The notes beneath the pieces were generated by a model. The model did not search any database and was not told the origin of the DNA. It was given only the letters and a program-made list of their open reading frames with translations. From NCBI GenBank assembly GCA_048537945.1, contig CM108483.1:9786715-9850714 (forward strand): DNA of 64,000 nt, given 5' to 3'. Made by a program: the position numbers and the translations under genes. Each line of letters starts with the position of its first letter. The stretch's first letter is position 1. Origin of the DNA: Mnemiopsis leidyi (lineage: Eukaryota). This document shows, piece by piece, positions 25,916-39,851 of this stretch.

Positions 25916-28900
25916 ACAAACAGTCACAACCTTTACACCCCTTCAGGGTAGTGTAGTTTCCAGCACAAAAAGTTAAGTAGCTGAGTGCTGAACCGGTAAC
26001 AGCTGACATTGGAAACCCGTTGAGAGTTTCTTAGCTAACTTCAGACAGCGGCCGGCAAGTTCGTATTTTAACAATTATTGACATTTAACGTAAAAGTCTT
26101 GGCAACAAATTTTGACACATTTTCACTTTCATATGATTTCTTGCTCATTTCTCAGTGACTGGAAAATTGAAAAAGTTGTAAAAACATGGGCTAGATTGTC
26201 TATTATAGCACAATTTTACTGATCATCTCTGAATTTAACACAAGAGGTAGGCTATTCATTATTCATGACTTTCTTGCCTTTTTAAGGGTTCGTTAATGAG
26301 AGAAATTTACGGAATGATTGTGGCAGAATTTTAGCAGGACGATTATTTCAAGTTTCAACAATCTCCAAGAAGTGTAAGAAAGTCAACGACGCGTACGTAT
26401 CTTCCAGAATTAGAGCTAGAAGTACCACTACATATCAGGGTATAACGCGACACTGCAATATCATTAAAACTCGATAGCTCATTTCCCGCCGGAGTGACGT
26501 TGGGAAAGTCAACTGTCAAGACATTTTGCAGTGTTGAATCCCTCAAATTGTTGTATCGTGATACGACTGTATATTGTGCATGTAAATGTCACCAAAAATG
26601 GAAAGAATGTACACACAGCTGACTGAGTGTGGCAAAAATCTGCAAGATCAAAAAGTCCGTCAGGTTATCAAGATGGCGAGTTCTATGAAAAATGAACCAT
26701 TGTGATCACAATCGGACGTCGGTTAAAAATATCCGCATTATCCGCTTTCCAAATCGCACAAAGGGTGATTCTATCAAGTCTATTCCCAAGATTTAGTTCA
26801 GTTGACGCCATCTGTCTGAGGCTGCACCAAATTCCCAAGGTTATAAAATGTCTGACCAGTTTATTTCCCAGTGCTCCAAGCCAAGCAGAGTACGGGTTTG
26901 CTGGAATAATTACCCCAGAACACTTTCTACTATTCTAAACTCGTGCGAACTGCTAGCAGTTTTTACGGTTTATCGTCGGTTTTGAATTTCCGTTTTTCAA
27001 CTAATTGCTTTCTTTTTTCTTCAATGTAAATTTCACACCGGTTATTTCTGAGGATTTGGAATGGAAATTTAGCAATTTTGACAACAAGAATTCCTGTTAC
27101 TCGGAAATTCAGGAGCCTCTAAGAATTTGAGTTTCTTGTACGGAAATTCAGCAACCAGTAACGAACATATTCACCTCACTAATAATGATAATTATTTGTA
27201 TCTTCCAACTTATTACCATATCCGTAATCCGTATCTTGGTTTATCAGGTTAATAGAAACTATATAAGGAAAATGTGGGAACCTCTGATTGCTCTGGAGTG
27301 CGTAAAACAAAATTTGAGGAATTCCAGCCAAGTGACATTATTCTATTTTTGGCAAATGCAAAGATTGATTGTCAGTTTTTGGTAAATTGATCACAGGATG
27401 ATTCACATGACATGTGATCTCGAAATATTCCTAGCAGGAACCTTGCCATATCAAATACTTAAATTTTTCAAACATCCTGTAAATCTTCCTTATTTCGAGT
27501 TTTTGAAAGCACTGTGAAATCTCAATTTATTTTTAAAGTAGAGGCGTAGAGTTTGATCAGATATCTTCAGAAATTAGCCATAAACTCAGCTTGATGATTA
27601 AAAGCAATGTGTGGTTGATGCTTACGATTTTAGTGTTAAAATTTTTCTCGTGCTAAGGGCGGTTTAGAGATGGTGCAAGATAGCGATATCAATACACTAC
27701 ATCATTTCGTTCTGGGGAACGTCAGGCAGGGGATAATAGCTGAGCTATACTATAATTGCCTCCAACACCACGGCTTATAGCTAATGCTAGAATTAACACT
27801 ATAGCCTTTCAACTGCACCCAGCACCCTCATGTTCTTTATAAAAAGAGAATTTGAATAGATGTAAACGTCCACCCATGTCGGTGTGATACGCGGTCAAAG
27901 AAATCCTGCAAATTGATGAGATTAACTAATGCCAAGATACAAGATCCTAACTGCTAAGTCGCAGATAATATCTTCATGGGTTGCTCTCTTAAACCGTTCT
28001 AATGCCGTGTAAATGCTTTTAGAACGAAACTATCACGGGGGTATAATTTAACGTCTCATAAAAGCAGAGAGCTTTTAATATCGCAGTAGGGTTCGGTACT
28101 TGTATGGAGGGCGATCATGTACGAGGACCAGCCCCCCTAATAAAGTTGATTTGATTACACATTCTTGCAGGTTATACAAAGCAGCAAAGGTAAGGATTAC
28201 CAGATCTGATACGTTAACGACAGATAGATGTCTATGTTACTTACAAGTACATTTCTAACAGGAACACAAATTCAGTGAGATTTCATAGGGGGACGACGAC
28301 GGCTAGTTACTGTTGGGAGAATTCCGATCTTTATTTGATTTCAAGCGACAGAGTAATGTTGTCAGCTTGAAGTGGAAATGTTTCAAGGACAAACGAGATT
28401 CCGGCTCATTTCTTGATAGAGACTTCTCAACTTATAGTTGAGCTGATCAGACTAAAAGACTCTGGGGATAAGGAAAATACCATTAAGTATCACGCCTGTG
28501 TAAATTTTGTAATAAATAGGCTGGAAAACAATCAGGAAAGCTGTGGAGTCTTTTTTGTCAACGCGGGTTGTGAGATAAAGTTTGGACAAACAGCGGAATC
28601 AAATTCAATGACCAAGAGACCAAAGACCATCAAAAAAGTTAAATATTCTAAAATATGCGATTGCAATTGATCGAGAAACAATAACAATAAATAAGGTGAC
28701 CAGCTCGCGAAAACCGATTAAATCCAAGAGCTATACATTCGATATCAAAAGCCGACTAGCATGTTCCAACTCCCAAACAATAAAATTTTAGGCAGCTCAA
28801 CAAAACAAATACATCTGTCTGCAGAGTGCAGTACTCTGCATGAGTTGTGAAATAAACAGAGACCAAGCTCAACTCAATCTAAACAAGCTGAGAAGACCCC

Positions 28901-31900
28901 CGGACTTATATCAACAACAAGCATCAACAATCGGCTCAGTCCCAGGACACACATACTGTACGTTAATGTACTGATGTGAAGGTGGACGAGATGCTCTAGC
29001 ACATCTTATAACATGTAGAGAACTAGACAGCCAATCGGGAGGGAGATAGGTGAACACGTGACTGAAGTACTACACGTATATATAATGGAAACAGTGTCAA
29101 ATATTATTAAATCATCATGATAGATAACATTGCCAGAAATTATTTCTTTCTTTAAGAATGAACATATCATTACACTTTGCTTGATTCCCTGGCCAAAATG
29201 GCTAAATGGATGGCTGATTGACTGCATAATTGTTAATAAATGACAAATAATTTTTATTCGAATAACTCAATAAAGTTGATAAGCAAAGACACAAGAACGT
29301 TAGGGAGCTACAATACAACAACGTCTAACAAAGCTGATGATAAGTACTATGTGAGATGGGAAGTTTAACACTCTGTAATTCACACTTTTAACTTGGCTGC
29401 CACACGAAACACAAAAAAGTTGCAAAACTTCGGGAAAATTACGTCTTACAGCCGAGTTAAACTTCATTAAACACACAAGTCAGACAGTTTGTCAATTTGG
29501 AAAAAGTAAATTTTTTTCCCACGTGTTTACACTACAATTATTAGGGTCATTGTGAGCGGTGTCAGGAAAGCTAAACTACTATACAATTCCCGTCAAAATT
29601 AACGAAAAGCTGGCGTGCGATAAAGCGCAATTAGCCAGGATCAAATTAATTAACACACACATCAGAGCTGGATGTCGTAGGACGAACATACGGACAAGAT
29701 TGACATTAATGTAAGTTAGGAGATGAGGAATGAGCGAATTTAACCAATTTCCTAGCATTACCGAGCGATTTCAGGTGGTCTCGCAGCGGCTCTATTGTTT
29801 GCGGAGTAACTACAATAGTCTCAACCCTTCTAGGTACAGGTAGTATAAAATATCTCCGCCTACCCCACCACCGCAACAACTTCATAAATTGAACCACTAA
29901 GTATTTCTACACTGCTAGGAGTGAGTTAGTCGAGATCTGTAGCTAACTAACCTTCACCAGAAAGGAGGCCATCTCAACGGCACTACGGACTGGGTTGGGA
30001 TTGGTCTGAGTTACGTTTTGACAGCAGTTCGTATGACCGGGTGGCGCGTGCGATGACGTTTTGGAATTAAAAAGGCCCGGGTTAACAACTTGAGATAATC
30101 ACTTTTTTTTTATCGTTTTCGACTTCCTGTTTTTACCTGTTCTTTGTCTTTGGGTGATTTAGTCGGTAGTATTTGTCTTGTCATGTCTTCCGATTTGAGT
30201 AAAAACCGTCAGTTTGTCAGTTTGTCAGTTTTATTGCTCCCTGCTCCAGCCAACTCCTCGACAATGAAATCCTCTGTCTAACAACAAGCTACATCTTCGT
30301 TTTAACACATTATTTCATAAGTCAACTTCCAACTTCTCTGTGATAAGAACGATTAAATCTCCCACAACTTAAATTAAGCAAGGAAGAACAAGATGTGTAC
30401 AACACAATATCAAGGTATACTGCCTCCAACAAGGGGGAGGTAAGCAACACAAGGGGGAGACAGAGAAGTCAGCCGACCACGGCGACAAACTGACAACCCT
30501 ACGGTAAACAGGATCATTACAGGCGCGATAAGGAATGAACAGAGCCATTAGGGCGTAATTTCAATGAACAAAGCCATTAGGACGAGTCGACCTGGACGAA
30601 GTGAACAGTCGACAAGCAAGACATGATATTCATACGAACTGTTTTGACCGAGTCACACTGACAGACTGGTCATTACTGATCAGCGTTTAAAGCGGGTACA
30701 GCTGTATTTCCTGCTTTGAATTAACTGATTTGATGATTATTTTAATTAGAATGCAGGGCTAATTCATCTTGTGTGTTTGGATTAACTGGGTGAATTGCAA
30801 GTGTGCTAAAATAAACAGTGATGCTGTGGTAGTTACCTTGAAAGACGTAATGTCAAGCATGATTACTTATCCAGAAGTATTGACAAATGTAGCGAATAAG
30901 CAAAGAGTAACAATAATATAAAAAGACAAGGTAAAGACACGCTTTTACTGTATGTGCGTTGTTACTTTATCTTTTTGTCTTTAACGGTTGAGATAAGAAA
31001 TTCAAGCGATTAAAAGCTCTTTGTTCAAGTTATTAATTATCTTCTAATTGATTTGCTTGAGAGGTTAAGAACCTTTTCTCACCGTTCAGTTTCCAGGAAG
31101 TTTTAGTTAAAATTGAGGTTCACTAACTCAATAATGTCTTGCTGGCTGGCTGATTGACTGACTGACTAGCTGGCTGACTGGTCGAATGGCTGGCTAACCG
31201 TTTGCATTTAACAGTTCACCGAACCCACGAAAAAAAATATGTCGATTATGTAACTTTGATTATGCAAATTTATGTAAATGTAAATGAACTAGATTAAATA
31301 AATGAATTCCAGTAATAAGAGAATAGAGATCAATATTAGTAAGGCTAGAAGTATCGAATCCTTACCTTGGCTTTCGTCATCATTCTTTTCGACATTTCTC
31401 GTGGATTGTGGTCGTATTTCGAGTAGTACTTAAACTGAAATAACAGTTCATTACAAACTCCTGACTCCTGAGTAAAGAAACAAATATTCACCCTCCTTTA
31501 TTATTGTAACGTATATTTTCTAGAATATTTCATGTAAGGCACTATTGCTACCGCACACACACGGCTGAGTATAACCTAATTATTGTAAATCCTTGTCTGA
31601 TCCAGGGACCAGGAGTTTCCACATTCCGAGGATAAAAGATGCTTTATATCGAGATCTCACACATACTCTTAGATACGATAAATATGCTAATATCACTCTT
31701 ACTGTTTCTAAAATTAAAGCATCTCTGAAACAATCACATTTCCTAGAGCTACATGTATCTTACACAATGGCAACTCCGCCGCAGACTCTGCATTGTTTCT
31801 AAATAAAGTTATATCCGCCTACTGCGCGGCACTTCCAGGTCCACACCAGCGTGGAGGACTGTTTTACAGGGAATAGGAAATCTAAAATAGGCGTGAGCTA

Positions 31901-34900
31901 AATTTACTGAGAATTTAAAATAATTTCGTCATCCGGATAAAACAGGCTTTTACAACTTTAGCGGACAACAATATCCAAATTCATTAAGCATGTGGCGAGA
32001 TTATGCAAAAGGAAAAATATTTGATGTATGCAGCCAAAAGAACAGCAAAAAAGCAGTATGCATACTGCCTAGACAAATGTAAGAAAGAAAATTTTAGAAA
32101 GGGTGTTGTCGTACAAGATCAAGTGGTGGACATTCCATTTGAAAAGAAAAACTTCCAGTGGCTTCAAGTGTTAAAATATAGGTTGACGTTTAAAAATACG
32201 CTCGAGCGTCAAATGACGTGCAAGAGCATGTAACCGTGCAGTGTATAGAGGCGTGACCGTTTATGTAACAAGCCAGAAAACAAATGAGTATCGATATTGA
32301 AAAAAACGCACAATTTCTATTATAATGGAGCACTTGAAGGAAACTACAAAGAAAAGAAAGAAGTATAGTGACCTGGTTTTATTCTTAAATCGAACTCAAC
32401 AAACTAATACAGGGGTCACTCGTAACACAAAGGGAATCCCGATCAGCTAAAATCATATGTGCACGTGTCAATTTGAAGAGAGTAAGGGAGTAGAGGTGTC
32501 TACTGACGTTATGTGACGTGAACCCCTTAATCCCCGGGTCTGTAGTCTTCACCATGTATGTGGTAATCATGACGATCTTCTAATTTTAACATGGCACCAT
32601 CACGAGGATCACCAAGTTTTTAAACGTTAGTTAACGGTATAATCTTCTCGTATTTCAACACAAACCAATAAAATACCAGCTTTCATTAACGAGAAGGAAC
32701 GATGGTTAATAACTGAACAAAACCGTGCTCATCATTAACAATGGAAATGTAAAATGAGGAGCGAAATGAACTGCTCGATTCCCAAGAGACAAGTTTTAAT
32801 AACATCACATCTCCATCGAGCCAGAGAACACCGATTTTATCAATGATATAACATGACATGCAGTTACATCTTAACATATCGGATATAATGTGTATTGGTA
32901 TATGGAATATACCGGAGAAATGGAGTAATGGTGGTATTTGTGGAGTAATGGTGGTATTTGTAGGGAGGTGTATGTCCACTAGTCTCCAATACCGTAAAAC
33001 ATTACGCTTACAGGCTAAGAGCAATAAATTGTTGTTTGCGAGGTTTTTGTGGTCTCTTATGATCATTAACACTTTAGCAAATTGCCACATGATTAATCTA
33101 AAAGCAGTTATCTCAAATCATCTATTCCTTGAAGATTGCAAATTGTTGGCCAACCAAAGCTATATTAGCAAACGGCGTGCAATAAAAAGTTACACAACAA
33201 AAGTTTAAATAGTGACAAATATCCGCATCAATATCGTCAGATGAACACATTTGTTTCCTCAGACGCGGCACAGAAGTCGTTGTTATCAAAAAAAACTTGA
33301 ACAAACCGCTGAGAACTAATTTTACAGGAAAAGTCGGTGTGCCACAACAGAGCGGTGCTACTCACAAAAACAATCGGGGGGAGACCACTAAGTCGGTACT
33401 CTCGGATACACCTATCCTCCGACATGTACTTGCCGAGACGTTTCTGTTTGGGAGGCAGGTACAACCCGAAGTTGAAGTTTTCCTCCAAATCCTGGTGGAG
33501 AGGGGGAGAGTTAGGTGTTGTCGTGATAAACAGAGGGGGAGTTTAACTTGTTGGAGTAAGGGGACATAACCCTTTCTCTCTGTCTCCTTGTATGGGCAAG
33601 TTGTTTAAAGTGTCCGGGGTTGGAACGATTAGCTTTAAATTAGGGGTTTAACGATCTCCCGGCCACATTGAGGTTGATAAGAGCAGTTGTAGGAGTTTTG
33701 GCTTGGTGGTGCGTATGTGATTTGGGGTAAGGTTAATAATTTTGTAACACTTACACTGCACAAGGACTGAATGATCTGCAGCTTTATGTCAGATACTTTC
33801 GCGTTCATGTCAACCGTGATAACACACTGAAATGCCACTATTTTAGATTCTTAACAGCAGTTCTTTCGTGTCTATTGGTATTTTAATCTGTATGCAGTCT
33901 AAACAGACGTATAACTGAACGTTTTAGGAGCAAGCGTTTCAACCACTGTTACGTTTGATAGCCAATACAAATGTACTGAAAGTGACAATTAAAACGTTTC
34001 CTGTTGAAGGTGTTGGGTGAACGTGTCAATACCCTGTGTTACACGCAACATTACTTATACAGTACTTTCGGGTACAATAGAAACTTGAATGTTGCACCTA
34101 GTGATAAGTAATAGGAATTCTTGAAAACTTAAGAATAGGATTGCCGCAAAAATTGTATGCCTTTTTATAATCACGTCGAATCTACTGCATCTGAAACATC
34201 TTTTTACTGTAAAGAATACCAGTCCCCGAAAATATTTATCCGATAGCATTAAAACAAGCCTTGTCGATACAGAATGAAAACTCCAGATTTATTTTGTGTC
34301 AAACCTCAACTTTCTTCTCAGGTATCTTGATATGAAGCTGTATCTGGTTTTGCTTATCAATTGCAGCTGCATTGTCTCGTATCTGCAGAGTATTTGCTGC
34401 CCTCGTTATGGAGTTTGACCTACTGAGGGAGCTTGTTCTATTTAAGGAACTAGCACTTGCAGCACGTTTCATGGATCCAAAGCTAAATCCAATACGATCT
34501 TTGGAGTGTCTTTTGTGACGGCTGTCCAATGTTGCATAAGACATGATGGCTATAAGTTCATCTAAAAATGTGAGAGGTTAATCTTTTGGAACTGATCATA
34601 AAGAAATCTATCATATAACATAATATAGCAAATTTGTCGATTGCCAAAAGGCAAAATCTTGAGTCTGAAGGTTGCAGACATTGAGACTATGCGTAACTGC
34701 TGTCAGCCAATCAAAGCCCCTCATTTGATCAGCCGAGGGTATATTTTGCAGATTGAAGTTTCACCCAGGGTGGGTCTAACACAACTTGCCAAAAATTAAT
34801 AGAATGTACCTACCAGATAAAGTGATCAGACACTTGTTTTGATTGGGTGACAGGGCAAATGCACAACTCAACCAGTTTTGCTTACATTATATGGTCATAT

Positions 34901-35700
34901 TTTGCAGATTAATTCATCAATATGCCAAGTGCATGTAGATAAGATTTGCAGGTCATATTCACGAACATGAACTGATCCATGCAGAAATAAACAAGACCAC
35001 GTGAAAAAAAGCTCTGCCTCTACTCAGGGTTGGACATTTGCCCTGGACACCACGACAAGAATAAAGACCAAAGATTTTTGTAAAAACAAAGCTTGGCACT
35101 GATTGATTGATTTGTTGCCCTAACCGGGCTGGCATCTAATGGGCCTTCAAACAGTATATATATTATTATAGTATCATATAAAATTTCACACAATATTTTA
35201 TTAGAATTCATAAAATCATTGGTAATACAAACGGTAAAAAGTAATAAAAGTAGATGGATAGGTAAATAATACAATAAAAATGTCCACATTTCCACCCTCT
35301 TTTCGCTGTTTACGTATTCTAGCACTGGACTATTGCTACTAAAAGCTAAGTTTGTGAGTATCGGGCTGAGTAAATTTCAAATCCCAATTTACAGCATGGC
35401 ATGTGTTGTTAAATATTTTACATGTAACATGATATAAGTGTACTATATCACCTTTAAGACTTGAGTTGGATGACTTTTGGCATGTCGTAGGTCTAGTAAA
35501 AAGCCCTATCAATCAACCTTGTCTCTGATTAGGAGTCATGTGATCCTCATAAGAATTTGGGCAAGTTGTATATTTCGCCCAGGGCAACTTAAATCAAGCA
35601 CATCTTTCCGTTACTGGCTTCCATGCTTCATCACCAATTAAAAGTTTCAGAAAGAGTAACGATACATCAAAATTCAATTAGTTGAGCTAGATTCTTTCAA

Positions 35701-35790
35701 CTGTTACCAATTGTTGACTACTGGAGCAGATGCCCACCTTAGTACAGGATCAGATGCCCACCTGAGTACAGGATCAGATGCCCACCAGGG
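35701..35790. repeat. 3 copies of a 22 bp unit gatgcccaccttagtacaggatca
   Basis: Direct tandem copies visible in the sequence. Confidence 0.8.
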
Positions 35791-37670
35791 CTGCTGATTT
35801 CCGATTTTGTTTTGCCTCACTTTTTGGGCTCTGTTATCAGAACAGTTTATTCCTTATCTGCAAGTGTAAGTAAAAGGTTTGCCTCATGGCAGCCTTTTAT
35901 CAAGATGCTGTAAACCAGATCGGGCATACAGAGTCGGTTTTGCATTCACTGTACAAGAAGATTGGACGAAAGGACAATATTGAGCTTTTGTGGAAAAATG
36001 TGGAGAAAAAAAGGATTAGTTTCGTTTCTGTTTAAAGGTGTAAAGTGCTCATTAGATTGCATTTAAGTTCTGAAAAGTGATTGAAAAGTGTTTGGAAGTC
36101 GATGCCCTTAAATCAGAAGCCAAGTGTGCAATTAAGGATTTGGCAGAAGTGCAAAGCCAGTTGTTACAGACAAAAAGGGAGCATATTAAATTATTCCAGA
36201 ATGGTGTGTAGGCAACGATAAAGACTAAACTGAAGTTTTACAGTGATGCTGTGAAAAAATCGAGTGGTGAGCGTGTCATGCGAAAGAGTTGGTTTTGTAT
36301 TCACTGTACAAGATTGGATGAAAGGAGCATATTCAGCTGTTAAGGAAATTGTTGAAGACCAGAGCAGGAATATTATGATTTTTGGGCTCAAAGAAACTGA
36401 CAAAGATAACATTAATTACAAAGTCAGTGAAGTTTTTCAAGAATTAGACAAAAAGCCTCTTTTTATAGCTGAAATGGAAACTCTGACAGGCCTATTAAGG
36501 TCTCCATGGAAAGGTCTGTGACTGTATCAAATCTCCTGAGGAAGTCTAAAGGTTTAACAAGAATTGCGCCCGCTTTGTTTGGTCTCAGGCGGACGCTTAA
36601 GATTTCCATCTCTTTTTTAGACTACATACCGCTATGAAGTTGCAGCCATCGTAAACTTAATACTTTGATAAATTATGATATTCACTAAAAATTTTTGTAA
36701 ACTAGATACCACAGTTTGCAATGAAGTAAGAGCAAAGGCTAACTAAAAACTAAAGCGTTTTGAACGTTAAATTTAATAGTTACCAAGCGCTTGGATCCTG
36801 AACAAAAGTCGGAAGTCCACGCTACAATTACAAAGACCAGGTGAAGCTGATAGGTAGAAACGCATTCAGACTTAATGGCGGCAACTCCTATTCACCTTTA
36901 AATACCAAGATTTGATGCACGTAGGAAGTAATTTCAGTCAGCAGTCAGTGTACTGCGCGGCGCATCATTCATTTCATCTGTTACGTAATTCAAATTACTT
37001 TATGAAGGAGCAGGTGGGTCACCGGACACGTCCATCTACCTACCTACCCACCCCACCCCCAAAATCCGACCACTTTAAACCATCTACTTAACTTTTTTGC
37101 CTTCGGCAAAAAAGTTTTCGAGATGGAAAAAAGTTCACCATTAAGTCAGCTCTGCTTAAAGCCTGAGAGAACCTTAGAGCAACGATTAAAGTACCGAGAA
37201 ATAGTTAAAGAACTTAAAAAGTGCATTTGGAGTTCGCCTGAGAAACACCACTTTATTAAGAACGGTGAAATGTTATCAGGAGAAACTGAAGGAGGAATCA
37301 GCAAACAACACAGGAAGTGGCAGCAGAGATTCAGGAGCAACAAAGGAAAGAATAAAACCCAGAAAAATACTCTTACCTCATCAAATTGCAGCAAACCGAA
37401 GACCACCGATTGGTTACACACTCAGATTGTGAGTAATGGAAAAAAATATGGTTTTCATTATATGAAAGTATATTTTTACAGTTTACGCCACTTTTTCACT
37501 GAGATAAAACTTCATATCTCTCGTTTCCAGGTTGCAAGAACTGAACAAGTGCTTTTACCTTGCATGAAATTTATAATTTGATATCATTTCATAAATGTGA
37601 CAGTATATTGATAATAAAATGCTCATTGTACTTTGCCTATATTTAATATAGTTCACTTAGATTGTAGACA

Positions 37671-37910
37671 GTGAAGATTTTCATCATCATGCCCACCTTG
37701 GGCATTTTATTTTTATCGTTGGACTTATTATCGAGAGGACGTCCCAAGAAGTCCTGGCTAACCTGCGTCCGAGAGGATGCATCTCTGTTTACAGGTCGAA
37801 AGGATATTACAGTCGAGGATATGCCTGGATTAGCGTCTGACAGAGTTGGGTGGCGAGGATTGTTAAGAACACGACGTAACTTCCTTGGTGCAGGCCACTC
37901 TTCTGACTGA
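37671..37910 (+). mobile_element. Fragment of a LINE ORF2 C-terminal tail (RGRPKKSWLTCVREDASLF...DRVGWRGLL motif)
   Basis: The GRPKK(S/R)W..C...D...DR..WR peptide is the conserved extreme C-terminus of many RTE/CR1-type LINE ORF2 proteins. It is an isolated short ORF. Confidence 0.45.
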
Positions 37911-38243
37911 GGAGCAGACGTATCCAAGTAAGTAAAAGTATTCTACAATTTTGCAATATACTTGTTATCTGTAGTATAAAAGTCAATCATGTTTGTGGGT
38001 TTGGTACTCAAGTAAAAAGCCATTAGCCAGGGATAAGGTGGAACCTTTGTGCTAAAATAACATCACAAGCCTAATAGACTAGAACCTTTGTGCTAAAATA
38101 ACATCACAAGCCTAATAGAATGCATCAGAATGCACACAATATGTTTAACAAGACTAAGCTGTGACAAAGTGTTACTAAGTAGTGATCAATCATTTAACAG
38201 CATGTTGTGAGTTTCACGTGTGACGTGAATGGTACAAAATTTT

Positions 38244-38312
38244 TGTCTGACTTTGTCCGACCCTCATTCGAAGCGAGAATAAAATGACGGGAGGGTGCGC
38301 GCTGCTGTACAA
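38244..38312 (+). repeat. Copy 1 of a ~70 bp dispersed hairpin-capable motif tgtctgactttgtccgaccctcattcga...gaataaaatgacgggagggtgcgcgctgctgtacaac
   Basis: Same motif in the same orientation at 39008-39075 and 41204-41270. It contains an imperfect inverted repeat ccctcatt / aatgacggg. Confidence 0.75.
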
Positions 38313-39007
38313 CAAAATTTGCACATTATATTTTTAATCCTCCTTGAGTTTGATCGGAAAGGTAGAATTTAAACATTTTTGACGAGATTATGTATGGTTC
38401 AGCTCTTAGCTGCGATATCAGTCGGATATCACCTTGTTGCGGTGATACCCGACTCACGCAGCTAAAGCTGAACGGTAGACGGATATCATCTCGTGAGATG
38501 ATCTCGTCAAATATCACCGCGCGACAAAATTCACAGTACATATGTTTTAGTCCCGATGTATTAAAGTTTAAATGCGCCTACCCATGTGCTTACGCACACG
38601 GCAGCTGTTGCTCTAACCAAAACCCATTTGCGCGTAGCAGCTGCTGCCGCGCGCGCGGCGTAAGCATGAGCACTTTGTTAAGTGAACGGAGGCCGTACGC
38701 AGCTAAAATTTTACCGGACGCTGCGGCGCGCGGTAACAAAACTAAGGTCCCCTGCAGTACAGGCAACTAAAATCAACCGTCAACCTTTTCCAAATAAAAT
38801 CTCCGAAAAAATGTGCGACGCGCGCATGCACACGCAATTCAAAAAAGCTCTTGTGCGATCAACGATGATAGTGCATGACAGCATTTTTATGATCTAACAG
38901 ATGAGCAAAATAAGTACAAAATAAAATGCCAGTGAGTGAGTGAAAAGTAAGTAAAAACTGGTGTTTGAAAGCAATTTAACGAGTATTTAAAAATTATCGC
39001 GATCGTT

Positions 39008-39075
39008 TGTTTGACTTTGTCCGACCCTCATTCGAGGAGAATAAAATGACGGGAGGGTGCACGCTGCTGTACAAA
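39008..39075 (+). repeat. Copy 2 of the ~70 bp motif
   Basis: Over 90 percent identical to 38244-38312. Confidence 0.75.
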
Positions 39076-39851
39076 CCAGGCGCAGCGTGGCTCTTTCCAC
39101 GTTTTCCTCTCATAGCAACAAAAGACTTAAATCCCCAAGCAACGCATCGCCCGTTAATATATAGCAGCGAAGCCGCGCGCAAACTTCGTTTACTTCAACC
39201 GCACCTGGAAATTTTGAAAAATCGAGCGCTATCCTACATTTATGGCCATGGGTGTAACACGTAGTTTTGTTCGGGCTGTGACTGTTTTGCAACAGTAAGA
39301 TAATTAACTGGCAACTGCTAAAAATTTTTCTGAGCTGTGTTCGTTCGAAATTTTACGGAGATTGGGTTAGATTTTCCACTTTAATTCAATTCGAATTCTC
39401 GATAACGCATCTTCCTGTAACAGTGACTTGAAAACTAGATTATTTACATTTGGTCATTTGGTTTTATTCATTCTTTTTACTTCATACGCTCGTTACTATT
39501 CGATTTTGCTCAGCTATCATTTTCCTACCACATTCTTTCAATATAAAGGATAAAGATTTTGCTGGGCCTGGGTCTTGCAGCAAAAGTTTACTTTATGTAT
39601 CTGTAAGAGTCTGACAAACTAATAAATAAATAAAATAAATAATAAATAATGATGCCAGCATCATCACACATAATCACTCAAAATATCTAAATAAATTTAA
39701 AATTGTTAAAAATCTAAAAAGGTATGAAAAATCTAATGAATGTTTATAAATCTCTTCTGAGCTACAATAGGATTATCCTTAAGATAGATATTATGCTTTA
39801 ACTTATTCTATTGTATTGAAAATTAAAATTCAACTACTGCTACAATTAATA

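Noticed and set aside
25419-25927. Three overlapping minus-strand ORFs (125, 71 and 162 aa) encoding MGTVYRPGYCLPAWVLFTG repeats
   Set aside because: They lie wholly within the 20 bp-unit minisatellite. The periodic peptide is an artefact of translating a tandem repeat with no stop in that frame
37123-37581. 152 aa plus-strand ORF (MEKSSPLSQLCLKPERTLEQRLKYREIVKELKK...) as a possible gene or LINE ORF1
   Set aside because: It is low-complexity and Lys/Ser-rich with no recognisable domain, and it sits between TE fragments; kept only as context for the adjacent LINE tail fragment
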